Of a stretch of 64,000 nt of DNA, positions 1 through 11,534 are shown in pieces. A model generated the notes under the pieces. It ran no database searches, was not told the DNA's origin, and saw nothing but the letters and a program-made list of their open reading frames with translations. The stretch lies in assembly GCF_009914755.1 (NCBI RefSeq), contig NC_060926.1. One strand, given 5' to 3'. Each line of letters starts with the position of its first letter. Position 1 is the stretch's first letter. This stretch comes from the human T2T-CHM13v2.0 reference genome, Homo sapiens. The translations under genes were made by a program, and so were the position numbers.

Positions 1-7
1 TAATAAA

Positions 8-212
8 GGTCAACTTGGGAAATATAATAGTGAGACCCCATCTCTACAAAAAAAAAAAATGTTAAATTAGCCAGATGTAGTGGTACACGCCTATAGTCCC
101 AGCTACTTGGGAGGCAGGGGCAGAAGGATTAACCTCCTGGTTAAGGGTGCAATGAGCCAAGATTGCACCACTGCGCTCCAGCCTGAGTGCTATAGCAAGA
201 TCTTGTCTCTAA
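8..212 (+). mobile_element. Old Alu (AluJ-like), partial at window edge
   Basis: GAGACCCCATCTCTAC-A-rich linker, then right arm TAGTCCCAGCTACTTGGGAGG...CACTGCGCTCCAGCCTG; diverged, no tail. Confidence 0.85.
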
Positions 213-244
213 GTGGTATGGGAGGGGGAAAGCTACACCTTTGT

Positions 245-395
245 TGCAAATAGATCTGGGCTCAAACACTAGCTGGCTACCTGGACATGATGCAATCATA
301 GGCAAGTTAATCTCTTGGAGCGTAGCTACCTCATATGATAGCATCAAGAATACCTTTGTTGTCCCATGTCTGCCTTCATAGGCCTGTTGGAGGTG
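245..395 (+). mobile_element. MIR fragment
   Basis: Degenerate MIR core (GATCTGGGCTCAAA...GGCAAGTTAATCTCT...CCTCAT). Confidence 0.45.
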
Positions 396-2197
396 GGAGG
401 GTAATTCCTGCCTTCCAGTAACATGGACAAATTTATCCGTGTGAAAGCCAGTTTCACCTGAGGTCAGTTTCCTCTGCTGCCCCGTTTCTGGGCAGTACCT
501 CATGTCATGACATAGATAATGCAAGTTGAGAGTGTGTGGGTGACAACTTCAACTGTTGCTCTACAGTAGAGACCTGTGGAGACAGGACAGACTGATCAGG
601 GTGGGCTGTGGTCACTGGGGAACCTCATGAAGCAGACAGAATTTGGGGGCCCTCCAAGAGAAAAAGTATTTATGCCGGTTTCCCTCTCTCCATTCAGAAA
701 CCGTACTCTATACACCCCCGGTCCCCACCCTAAGTCCACCAGGTCACTGACAGCTAACAATTGACCCTCACCTGGGAGAGGTAAGCTTGCAAGGCCCAGC
801 TTGGACATGCACCTGTGATTTCTAAAGGACTTCTTCTGAATTCATCTCTGAATGAGGTTGGCGGCACTGCTATGGTGTCTGAGCCTATACAGGAGCCGAG
901 GGCTATGTAGTCATCAGAGCCTCAGTTTAGAGGCTCACATGACAGAGACATGGAGTGTGGAGCCCATCTCAGCAAGTCAGGGCCTGACGCGTTATGCCCG
1001 CTCACATGTAGGCACAGGAGACCTGGGACAGAGGAAGCGATCTGCTCCTGCCTGAAGTAGTGGGAGGGGCAGGAAGGTGCATTGCTGAGCAGAGGGACTA
1101 TCTGCTGGTCCAAGGAGCCTCTGTCCGGCTGGACTGAGGCTACCCTCAGCTTCCATCTCTCCTCTTCATTCTCTAGAAGGCTCTGCCAGGTTCAGATCCT
1201 GCCTGTCCTTTGCAGCTTTGTAGGGAGCAGTCCCCACATCTCTGAGGATTGCCTGATGCAAGTTCTCGAGGTAACTGCTTCAGGGCTGCGTGGGAGTCCC
1301 CAGCTGACTTGACCATGTGCTCCTGTGGAAAATGATCACCTCACCTTTTATTTATATTCTGTTGTTGATTTTCCTCTAAGGATCTAGGCCAGTGCTGGGC
1401 ACATTTTGCACTTTCAACAGTCGAGGGGCAGAAAAAGAGAATTACCATACCTGAGGCTTGCCAGTCAGGGGCAGAGCCAGAACTGGAATCCCAGCAGCCC
1501 AGACGTGGGAAGAGCATCGAGGACCGGCAGGAGGAGGGGATGGGAGGGCCGTCTGGGTGAGGGGTCATCTAAGAGCCCAGTGCTGTTTCACACTGTCCCG
1601 GGTGGAAAATGCAAACCCTGTGGATTTTCACCCTCTCAGTGTTGACTATTGTCCTATGGAAATAAGGGTGATTTCCTAAAATGTGTGGCTCAATAAAGGA
1701 TTCCTTCACCGGGGTGTGAAATGACTGTGCATCTGAATCTGAGCCAGAAAAGATAAACTTTGCTCCATTTTCCCACACACCGGATTAGAATCTTTCCAGG
1801 ACACTAACCTAGTGTGTGCTTATCTAGGTCCTTGGGCCTAGGGGCCCCTGGTGAAAGCCCAGGCCATGCAATCCGAGTCCCAGCGCCCCCATCCTTCCCC
1901 CTCTCTCCCGTGGGTTTGTATCTCCCTGGCATCCCCCAGCAGACTGCTCTGCCCAGCTGTGAACTGAACAGCCTGGCTTGTCTTGGGGCAGAACCTGTCC
2001 TCACAGGTGTGTTTGGGCACTGCAGGAGGGTTGGGGAAAAGTGGTGTAAATAACCCTCCTTGCCTTTCTGCTGATGAGAAAACCATGGGAAAAATATAAA
2101 ACATTTCTATGGATATTGAGAACAAAGTTTCTTCAGTGATTTCACTGTAAGTTTGGTTATTTGAGAGAATAGTTTTTAATTAATAAGGAAACTTAAT

Positions 2198-2410
2198 TAA
2201 TACATGTGTGTCCCTGATTTCTTATATATGTGTGTATATATATGTACATATACATATGTATCCCTGATTTCTTTAAATCTATGTATGTGTATATATCTTA
2301 TATATCATATATAATCTTATATGTGTATGTATATATATCTTATATGTATATATACATATAGTTTTCACTGTAGACGTACTATACTATATATATAGTGTAC
2401 ACTATAATGT
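2198..2410. repeat. TA/TATG low-complexity tract
   Basis: Degenerate (TA)/(TATG) repeats; TCCCTGATTTCT recurs at 2211 and 2261. Confidence 0.85.
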
Positions 2411-3086
2411 CAAGTATATGAAAACAAAGAACATAGATAAAAAGGCTGAAAATGTGCCATAATATTAACAGTGGTCATCTTTCTACCATAACATTTTCTG
2501 GTTTTTAAAATAATAAGCGTATTTTTCATATTGGGAAAGATAAAAATTTACCTAACAAGGCAAAAGAATTAACTATCATAGGAAAGTTAATTTTGCCATG
2601 CCCGTCCCCATCCCATAGTGAGCAGTATGTGTTTACGTCCATGCTGACATTAAGACTGATGAAAACAGAAAAAGGACAGGCCGCCATGTAGAAGAAATTT
2701 TTAAACTACCAGTTTTTAAAATGGGAAAGGAACCAAATGGTTTTGTATAATCCCATATAAAAATGTCCCTCATAATGAATCTCAGACTCACCTTAAAGGA
2801 ATAATTCTCAGGATTCTCTTCCATGCTGGGGCTCCAGTAAGAGTCAAGATTTGGGGCTTTCTTAAAGCAGGCTTCAAACCTTAAAAGCATACCTTATTGA
2901 ATGCCAGTGCCAGCATTCTCAAATAACTGTGCCCCCAAGTGGTCACATGTACCTGTAAATTACATGCAGCAAAAAGGTGCAATTAACCAGGTCCTGGACT
3001 GCAGAGTTTGCAATTTATTAATAATAATGATGATGAAAACAATAATACATCCAAAAGAGAAAAGAAAGGGGAAGATGAAACCCAAA

Positions 3087-3099
3087 GAGAGAGAGAGAG

Positions 3100-3140
<41 letters not shown>
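3087..3140 (+). repeat. Compound microsatellite (GA)8(GT)19
   Basis: Direct read. Confidence 0.97.
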
Positions 3141-3144
<4 letters not shown>

Positions 3145-3370
3145 GCGCAAAAGACAGGGAAGAATTTTCTCAGTGTTTATTTTTGCCATGCCTCTCCCAG
3201 AAAAAGAGCGTGTGTGCGTGTGTGTGCATATGTGTTTGCATTTGAGGAGGGAGGCCTGGCCAGAAGAGGTGGGGGGTAGCTGTGGGCAGAGCCCTCCCAA
3301 GAATTCTGGAGACTTTGCATCCTTTCTCAGGAGCAATCCTCGATGCCTTTGACTGCCTACTTCTCTGCAG

Positions 3371-3412
3371 CGGTGGTTCCATGATAGTCTCCTTGGCAGC
3401 CTGCCAGAGGCT
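3371..3412 (+). other. Candidate 42-nt cassette exon, or 3' end of an alternative first exon
   Basis: Acceptor TTTGACTGCCTACTTCTCTGCAG|, donor GCT|GTAAGT; length divisible by 3; two of three frames open; repeat-free context. Confidence 0.35.
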
Positions 3413-4332
3413 GTAAGTGTACAGAGAATTGTGTTTTAATAGAAGGCTTTACCTCTGATACAGATTTAAAATGAGGAAGAAACTTTCTGTTCCTCAGCCA
3501 GAACGAAATGCGTTTTGCTTCCTGTGAAATGCTGGTGATTACAAGCTCATCTTACATAATTTTATTATTTTCAATTGCTGCCCGTCAATCTCAGGTGATG
3601 GTTCCCTGGGAGCAGAAAAAGAGGCAGATTCTGGGCGATGACTATTAAAAAAAAAAATCACTCAGTCATTAGCAAATCGTACAAAAGTTTAGAAAGGAGA
3701 ATAATTATCTTTGTGATGATGCTGTTTAAGATAATCAGAACTTGCATTGCTAAGTTAGACACGCCGAAGTGAATTGAGGACTGTTTAATGGCCTCTTAGA
3801 AAATGTATTTTTGCTTTAACAAAGCATTGATGTTTGAGATTTAAAAAAAAGAAATCCTTTAAATCTCGTGAAGGAATTCTCTGGAATAACCACATTTTCA
3901 GAAATCCGTGACATGATCGAGGTGGTCCACTGTCACGCCCACAAGAGGGCATTTTCTCATCAACTACTGTAAAAACGATTTGTTTTCTAAAGGGAAGCTG
4001 AGAGGCCTGGGGGAAGGAGAGTGTTCTGCAGAGCAGGAAGTGGAGAGCTGCTTGCAATTGAGTTGTATGTATGCTTCCACTTAATACGTCCTGCCGAGCC
4101 TGTAAGCCAACACTTCCGGCCAGGAATCTGCCCTCTGTGTTTACCTACTCTCTTTTTATGTCTTATTCCCAGAATGACTGGGGACCAAAGGAATCCTTTG
4201 CAGGAGTTTTCTCCAGACAGACAGTTCCACATGCTAGTATATTGTCGACCCCATCCATAACTTCCATGAAACTTGAATCTCATATTTTAAGACACCTTCT
4301 CTAGGTCCAAGTTCTTTCCTTTATGTATGTTA

Positions 4333-4540
4333 CACATATTTGTTGAGTACCTACTGTGTGTCAGCTTGAGCCAGACTCAGATCCTGTCCTCGTGGAACAC
4401 ACATCCTCCACAGGAAGACTTGGCATAAAAAAGGAGAACAAATACTGGAGTATGATTTAGATAATTATAAATGTTATAAGGAAAAATAACTGGGATAAGG
4501 AAAGGTAGCTATTTTAATTGGATAATTAGGCATACTTCTC
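4333..4540 (-). mobile_element. L2 3' end
   Basis: ATATTTGTTGAGTACCTACTGTGTGTCAG is the reverse complement of the L2 3' terminus. Confidence 0.65.
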
Positions 4541-5423
4541 TCATGCATAACAAATATTCTAATTTTGTTCAATCCATACCAATATTGTTTGGATTATAAA
4601 GGTAATACCTTTTTTTCAACTCCATTTTTTCTAAAAAAGTTAGTTATATTGTTTATTATTTTACGGACCATGAAACATGATGGAAACCGGGGAATTGAGA
4701 TGTGGCCAGTTGTTAGTTTGTAAAATGACATTTAAAAATTACCATCTACTCATCACCTCATCATTTGACAAAACAATGCATGTTTTAACACCAAAAAGTA
4801 GGAAAGATGTAATCCCAGAATAGAGGGCAGTTGAATACGTTTAGTGTTTTGGAAAATTTGCTGCATTATCTGAGGTTTTCTCCTTTTCCATGGCCTATGA
4901 GAACTTCATCAGGGACTGGTTCTGGTCAGGGGCTGGCATCCAGTTCCACAGATCCTGCTGATGACATTGTCCATGCCTTCCCCAACCATGAGGACCAACA
5001 ATGTTGGCACCAGTTCTGCAAGCTCAGCTCCCAACCACAACACACAAGACTCGAGCAGGAGATGGTTTGCTCCCCATCCTAGGGGTTCTAGGATACTTGG
5101 TAAGGAGCTCAGCCCAAGAGCTACAATGCCGTTGTGAGAGTTTCTGAAGCCAGGAGTCAAGGCTTTACTTTGAGCACATGGTTTTGGAGGTCAAGCAGAA
5201 TGGGCTGGGCCAATCCAGGAAGGCTTCATGGGGGAAGTGAATTTTGAACTTGGCCTTAAAGGATGGGTAGGTGTAAGGAAGAGGGTTGTAGGATTATAGT
5301 GGGTGATATACACATTTTTGAAAGTTAATGTGGAACAGGTTTTGGTAGTAAAAGGCAACATCCATTGTGTAAAATGTTCAGGTATAACAACAAAGTAATA
5401 ATCTCTAATAAATATATTGTCTA

Positions 5424-5754
<331 letters not shown>

Positions 5755-7272
5755 TTAATATTTTATCATATTGTCCTCCAGTCTTTTGCTTTGCATTTTC
5801 ACATTAGTTGGGACCATGTTGCACATGAAATTTTGCATCTTGCTTTTTTACTTTAGTATACAACACACATTGCCTCATGTAATTGAAAATTACTCTTAAA
5901 CATCACTTCCGGATGGCTTCATTTATCCCATCCTGCCTGCATGCCATTCCCATCAGATGTATTTTTTTTCCTACTGTAACTCTCTGGTGGATAGTTCTTT
6001 TTATATCATTTTGGTTCACAATTTCGGTATCACACACATCTGCCAAGGTCCAGCTCTGAGGGTAATATTGAGCCTGTCACAATATCCACCCTGGTCTCTA
6101 TCTGTGCATGTCAAGTGAAGATAATATACCAACCTCATGGGGTAGATATGAGACTTATGTGAGATCATGTTTGCATAGAGTTCTAGAAATAGAATTACCA
6201 AGGTTTGATCTCTTTAAAATTATGTAACTTTTCAATTATAAAAGTAATGTTCTTTATGGAAAATTTTAACAAAAGAAAAACCATGCAAATTTCATCACCC
6301 AGAGATAAAAAAACAATTAACATTTTAGAATCTATTATTTGTCACTTTGTAGCAGAATTGGGATCGTACTATATATATCATTTTCTTTCCTGCTTTTTTT
6401 CCTCTTAACCTTGCATTGCTTCTCCCTTGTCATTATTCATTTGGAAACAATCTTAAAAGACCATGTTTCATTATATTCTGTTATATTAATGTGTCTTATT
6501 TAACTGTTTCCTTTTTGCCATTTAGATAATTCAGTAATTTGCTACTATAAATAACGTTGCAATGAAATACTGATGAACAAATCTGTGGACATTTTGGGTT
6601 ACTTCTTTAGGATTAATTCCTGGAACTGTATTTACCAAGTCAGAGGTGGAGCAGCATGTGAATACTCACTTTACCCTATTCTATCCTATTATAATTTTTT
6701 TTTAATCTTAGTCTGTTAGGTAGGTGAGTAATGGTATCTCGTGGTCTCGGTTGCGTTTCCTTGATTACCAGTGGGTTGGAGCATTTGTTTCTGTGTATTG
6801 ACGTACCTGTCCTCTGTTTGTCCTTCTATTTATATTCATCTTTTTTCTTATTGATTTTTAAGAGCTCTTTATGCATAAGAGGATATTAACCTTTTGGTAT
6901 AATGTTGGAAATATTTTTTCAGTTTGTCATTTGAATTCTAAATTCATTTATGGTTTCTCGGTTGTATAGATGCCTTTACTTTGCTTATACGAATCATCAA
7001 CGTTTTTGTTGTTCAGTGTTTCCTCTTGTTTTTAGGCTTAGAAAGCCCTTCCCCATCCTGGCTTTGGATATCTGCGCAGTTGCATTTTCTTCTAATTGTT
7101 TTGCAATTCATTTTGCAAATTCAACTTTTTATCAGGTTTTCTCATTTTGCTATAAAATATGATCGGAATTTAACTTTTTCTTAATAGTCATTTAATTCTT
7201 CCATTTGCGTTTAGTGAATGATCTTTCTGTCCTCCCTGATTTGAAATGCTACCTCTCATACATTAAATTCTT

Positions 7273-7414
7273 TGTTGGGTTTTTTGTTGTTGTTGTTGTT
7301 GTTGTTTTGAGACGGAGTTTCTTGTCATCCAGGCTGGAGTGCATTGGTGCGATCTTGACTCACTGCAACTCCACCTCCCGGTTCAAGTGATTCTCCTGCC
7401 TCGGCCTCCTGATA
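7273..7414 (-). mobile_element. 5'-truncated AluS (part of right arm) with (GTT)n tail
   Basis: TSD ACATTAAATTCTT at 7260-7272 and 7415-7427. Confidence 0.9.
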
Positions 7415-7637
7415 ACATTAAATTCTTGTATAGACTAGAGGGTGTTTCCAGGCTGTTTATTCTGTTTCATTCAAACTTAGTTCTATACCACACTGTTTCA
7501 AATGCTGAAGTTTTCATTTTGTGTTTTAAAATCTGGTAGTACAAATCATCTTCATTATTATTATTTCCCAAAATATTTTTGGCTACTATGTCTGACATAT
7601 CTTGTATAGCCCAGAGGAAATTTAGAAGCATTTCACG

Positions 7638-7639
<2 letters not shown>

Positions 7640-7671
<32 letters not shown>
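7640..7671 (+). repeat. Poly(A) run of 32
   Basis: Direct read. Confidence 0.95.
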
Positions 7672-7675
<4 letters not shown>

Positions 7676-9011
7676 GTTTTTTTTTTACATGATAGCCATA
7701 TGAATTCGATGAGATCCGTAAATTGATTTATAAAGAATTGACATTTGGACTACATTATTAAGTCTTCTCATTCAGGAATGTGCTATTCCATTTACTCTTG
7801 CTCTCTCTGTGTTTATTTGAGTTTACTTCCATATCTCTCTGTAAACATTTGTGGCTTTCTTCATGTGAGCTCTGTGCTGCTCTTAGAAACTTCATTCCTA
7901 TATGTTACATATACATAGAGTGAGATCGTTCTGTCCCAACATATTTGCTAATGAGTTATTACTGGCAAATAAAAAAGCTGTTAATGTTTGTACATTGATT
8001 TTGTATCTTGCTGGGTTACTGAACTTTCTGATGGATGGAACTCTTTTTAAGGCCTTCAAACATGTTGAATATTGTACTAAAAGATTGTCTGTATACCCAG
8101 GGATGTCTGGGAGAGCTTGTATTATCATTTTTAAGAAGCTTTTCTAATTTGAAGGAAAACGGCCTCTCGTTGTGTCTTCACATTGAAGTTTCTTTGTGAC
8201 TCTAATCCCGAGTCCTGGTAGCATCATGTATTTGGGGCATACGGTGTTCGTGTGCAATAATCCCTCCTTGTAGGCCTCCCCTGAAGCAACAGACAACCAT
8301 GACAGCTCTGATGAGCACCTTTCAGATAGGAGTTTGGGGTTCACAGCTCTGCCTTGTTGGGGGGTGTGTGAGGGGCTAATCATAAAGAATAATTTGGGAG
8401 CTAGTTCTGGACACACGTTCCCAGACTGATTGGGTAGAGCCTGTTGTTGTTGAGCTTGGGTTTAAATTCATTCACAGCCAGACAAACGTGAGTATGAAGA
8501 ACCAGTCAGACATCACTTTCCCCATTGGTGATCCCTGAAGGACTTTCCATTCGCAGCACAAAGATAACCCCTTGAAGAGAGCAAAGAAGAAGAGAAAGGC
8601 TGACCAGAAATATGACCGTAATATCTAGGCACTTCACTCTCCGCAGCTGTACTGAGCTCACATTATATTGTCATCTTCTCCAGATTAAGGCCTTCTATCA
8701 GTTATGGGAAAGGCAAGGATTTCTCCTACCCTGATTCTTCCTAGCATATGGCTGGAGGTGGGGGCGGAATCTCCCCACATCCCCACACAGACGGCTTGTG
8801 AATGTTCTGATGGTGTGCGTTTCCTCCGTTGGACGAACAACTCATCTTTTACTCTTTGCTTTTTATGCCAGTTTGGGAAGGTTGTTTTTCTCCCACTTGA
8901 AAATCTTCCTCGGAAGGAATATGTTGCCATCAGCAATTCCTCTGTGTTGTAACTATCTCCTATGAAGCCAGACTGTAAGGCAGTGCGTCTTCCCTCAATA
9001 GAACCCAAGCC

Positions 9012-9970
9012 CATTCTTCATGGTTCAGCAAATCTCTGAGTGCCTTCTGCGTGCCAGGCACTGTGCTTGGTGTTGGAACTCGACAGGGAGCAAAACCATG
9101 CCTGGTTCTTTCCCTCAAGGAGTTTACAGTCTAGTGGGGGAGACAGATGTTTATCAGATAGTGCAAAAGGCAATAAACACTATGAAGGAAGATGGTCAGT
9201 GCCATTACAGGGAGCTCCGCCTCTTCTTGGATTCAGGGAGTAGGGGGAACTGATCTGAGATTTAAAGAAATGATAAGCTTAGCATTTAAAGGGAGGGTGA
9301 GCTGGGGAAGGAGCAGGGATGATGCATTCCAGGCAGAGGAGATACATGTGCAGGAGAGAGTATGGTGCCTTCAAGGAGATGCGAAAAGGTCAGAGAAACT
9401 GGCATTAAGAAACCAGAGGGGAGCATGGCACAGGCGGAGAGTGGAGAATTAGGAGGGAGAGGCCATGCAGGGTTTGTCTAGCCGCATAAGTATGCTGTGT
9501 CTTTATTGCAAGAGCACTGACTGGCTGACTGTTTTTAAGCAAGGGAATGGCATTCTGCAAAGACAGCCCTGGCTACCATGTGGTAAGCCACTGTGAAACA
9601 CTAAGGAAGAAGAAATGGGGTACAGTTAGGAGAGGACTGCGGGAGTCCAGGAGAGAGTTGAGGGGATGGTGCATGTGGAGACAGGTAAATGGGCAGGCTG
9701 GGGTGGGGGGTTCGAGGGTGGGAAGTAAAGGAGAGGGATGTCTCAAGGTGACCCCTAGATTACTGGATGGATGTGGTGCTGTGCTGGGCACTGGGAACAG
9801 TGGAAGGGGTCAGGTATATTGGAGAAAACTGAGCTTTGTTTAGGACTGGGTGTGAGGACTCCTGAGGCATGGCAGTGGTGGCAGATAGGCAGTTATGTGT
9901 GTGGGTCTGGCTTTCACTCACAGGAGACATCAGGGCCAGAGACAGAAATTTCGAGGAATCATCCACATAA
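9012..9970 (-). mobile_element. L2 element
   Basis: GTGCCAGGCACTGTGCT...CCCTCAAGGAGTTTACAGTCTAGTGGGGGAGACAG followed by purine-rich L2 body. Confidence 0.8.
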
Positions 9971-10407
9971 GATTCTGAGAGAAGAATCTTAGTAGTAAGG
10001 GTCAAGCTGTTGGTCCGCAGTCCTCTTCAGACCTCTTGCTGCTGCTGCTGCTTGTGACGACACTCTGGCTTCCAAAGACAGTACTTCCCAGGTGTGGAGG
10101 AGGGCATTGCATTTCCTGTGTATCCTCCACCATGTGCTGGCTGAGTCAAGAATGGAGGTAATAAAAGAGACGTAAACACGGGAAACCACACGTCTAAAGC
10201 GTCCCATCTGTAAACTCTTGCTTACTCTCCAGACTCACAGGCCCCATCCTTCAGAGTGAGTCTCTTGAGTACAGAGATGGAACTTGGAAGTCTCTCCTGC
10301 TCCCTCCCTCCTCTGACCAGAGCCTTCCCTTCCTCCCCCAGCCCCTCATTTCTGAACAATGAGCCTTCAAATACCTTGCCCCTTAAATTACGTGCTTAAA
10401 TTTAAGA

Positions 10408-10500
10408 TCATTTATCTAATTATTCATGTAATAAATGTTTATTAAGCACCTGCTCTGTGCCAGGCACAGTGGCATGGATAAAGATGGTGGAGGCACAAGA
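10408..10500 (-). mobile_element. L2 3' end
   Basis: AAATGTTTATTAAGCACCTGCTCTGTGCCAGGCAC. Confidence 0.7.
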
Positions 10501-10617
10501 TGGGGTTATAATGTCGATATGACAAATGTTGAAATATAGGGATGTCCAAATCTCCTGTGAGGCCAGGTGAGGGAGGGGCAGTTCAAGGGAGTGAGAGAAG
10601 GCCTAGGGATTTGTGAC

Positions 10618-10747
10618 ATGTAGCAAAGGTTGAGGACAGGGTAGTGAGAACATTTGGGGCAGAATAAACAGATGTGTCAGAGGAAGTGTTGTGGGAATGT
10701 GAAGTAGTTTCCATGCCTGGAGTATATTGGGTATGTATGTTGCAAAA

Positions 10748-10798
<51 letters not shown>

Positions 10799-10818
10799 TC
10801 GAGGTAGGATGGAAGGGC
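10618..10818 (+). repeat. Local direct duplication, copy 1, containing (TG)24 at 10750-10797
   Basis: Aligns to 11350-11534; 10 mismatches in the first ~132 nt (manual count). Confidence 0.95.
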
Positions 10819-11349
10819 GAGGTAATGGGTCATGGGGGTAGAGAGAGGGAGATGGGTTATGACCTCTAAGCTGCCAAGGTAGGTAACATCCAAATAAGGC
10901 AGGACCTCGAGAAGAGAGTTGTGAGGTCGGCCAGATTTCCTTCTGTTGTGTGTGTGCCGCAAGAGTTTTCTCAGCCTCATCCATTCCCGCTGTCGGGAGA
11001 TGAGACAAAAATATCCTTATTCTTCTTGCATTGGGAAATGCAAGCTTGCACTGGAATCTTAACAGGTACTGCTGGTTCTGCCTTCTCCACTTCCCAGATG
11101 TGGGCATGGCAGCTCCCAGCATCAGTAGCATTGAAAGATTGGTTCTGAGGGTCTCCTCGGGCTCTTTTGGCAGAGTGGAGATAAGTTTCTAATCTGAGTC
11201 ACTTAGGGTTCTTTGCATGGGCCCAGTCTAATAACTAAAAGCTCTCTGGAGGAGCCAGAATTTTCGTCATGGATGTTTTCTGACTCATGTTGTCATTGGA
11301 ATGACTTTTAGTTCCTTTGGGCATGTCTGACTTCTACGCTTCTTAGGAA

Positions 11350-11534
11350 ATGTAGCAAAGGTTGAGAAAAGGGTGGTGAGAGCATTTGGGGCAGAAGAAA
11401 CAGATGTGTCAGAGGAAGTGTTGTGGGAATGTGAGGTGGTTTCCATGCTTGGAGTATGTCGGGTATGTATGTTGCAAAAATGTGTGTGCGTGAAGGCGGG
11501 GGGGGGCGGTGCGGTAGAGGTAGGATGGAAGGGC
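11350..11534 (+). repeat. Local direct duplication, copy 2
   Basis: Aligns to 10618-10818; G-rich tract in place of (TG)n. Confidence 0.95.

Larger units (their letters stand above)
6230..8060 (-). mobile_element. Ancient L1M (ORF2 3' part and 3'UTR), fragmented
   Basis: T-rich; L1-like phrases AATGGTATCTCGTGGT and TTTGTACATTGATTTTGTATC; interrupted by an Alu fragment. Confidence 0.75.

Noticed and set aside
2378-2406. 14-16 bp palindromes (e.g. TATAGTGTACACTATA)
   Set aside because: Expected within TA-rich low-complexity sequence
7640-7686. Poly(A)32 as an independent retro-insertion
   Set aside because: No TSD; more simply an expanded A run within the old L1 remnant
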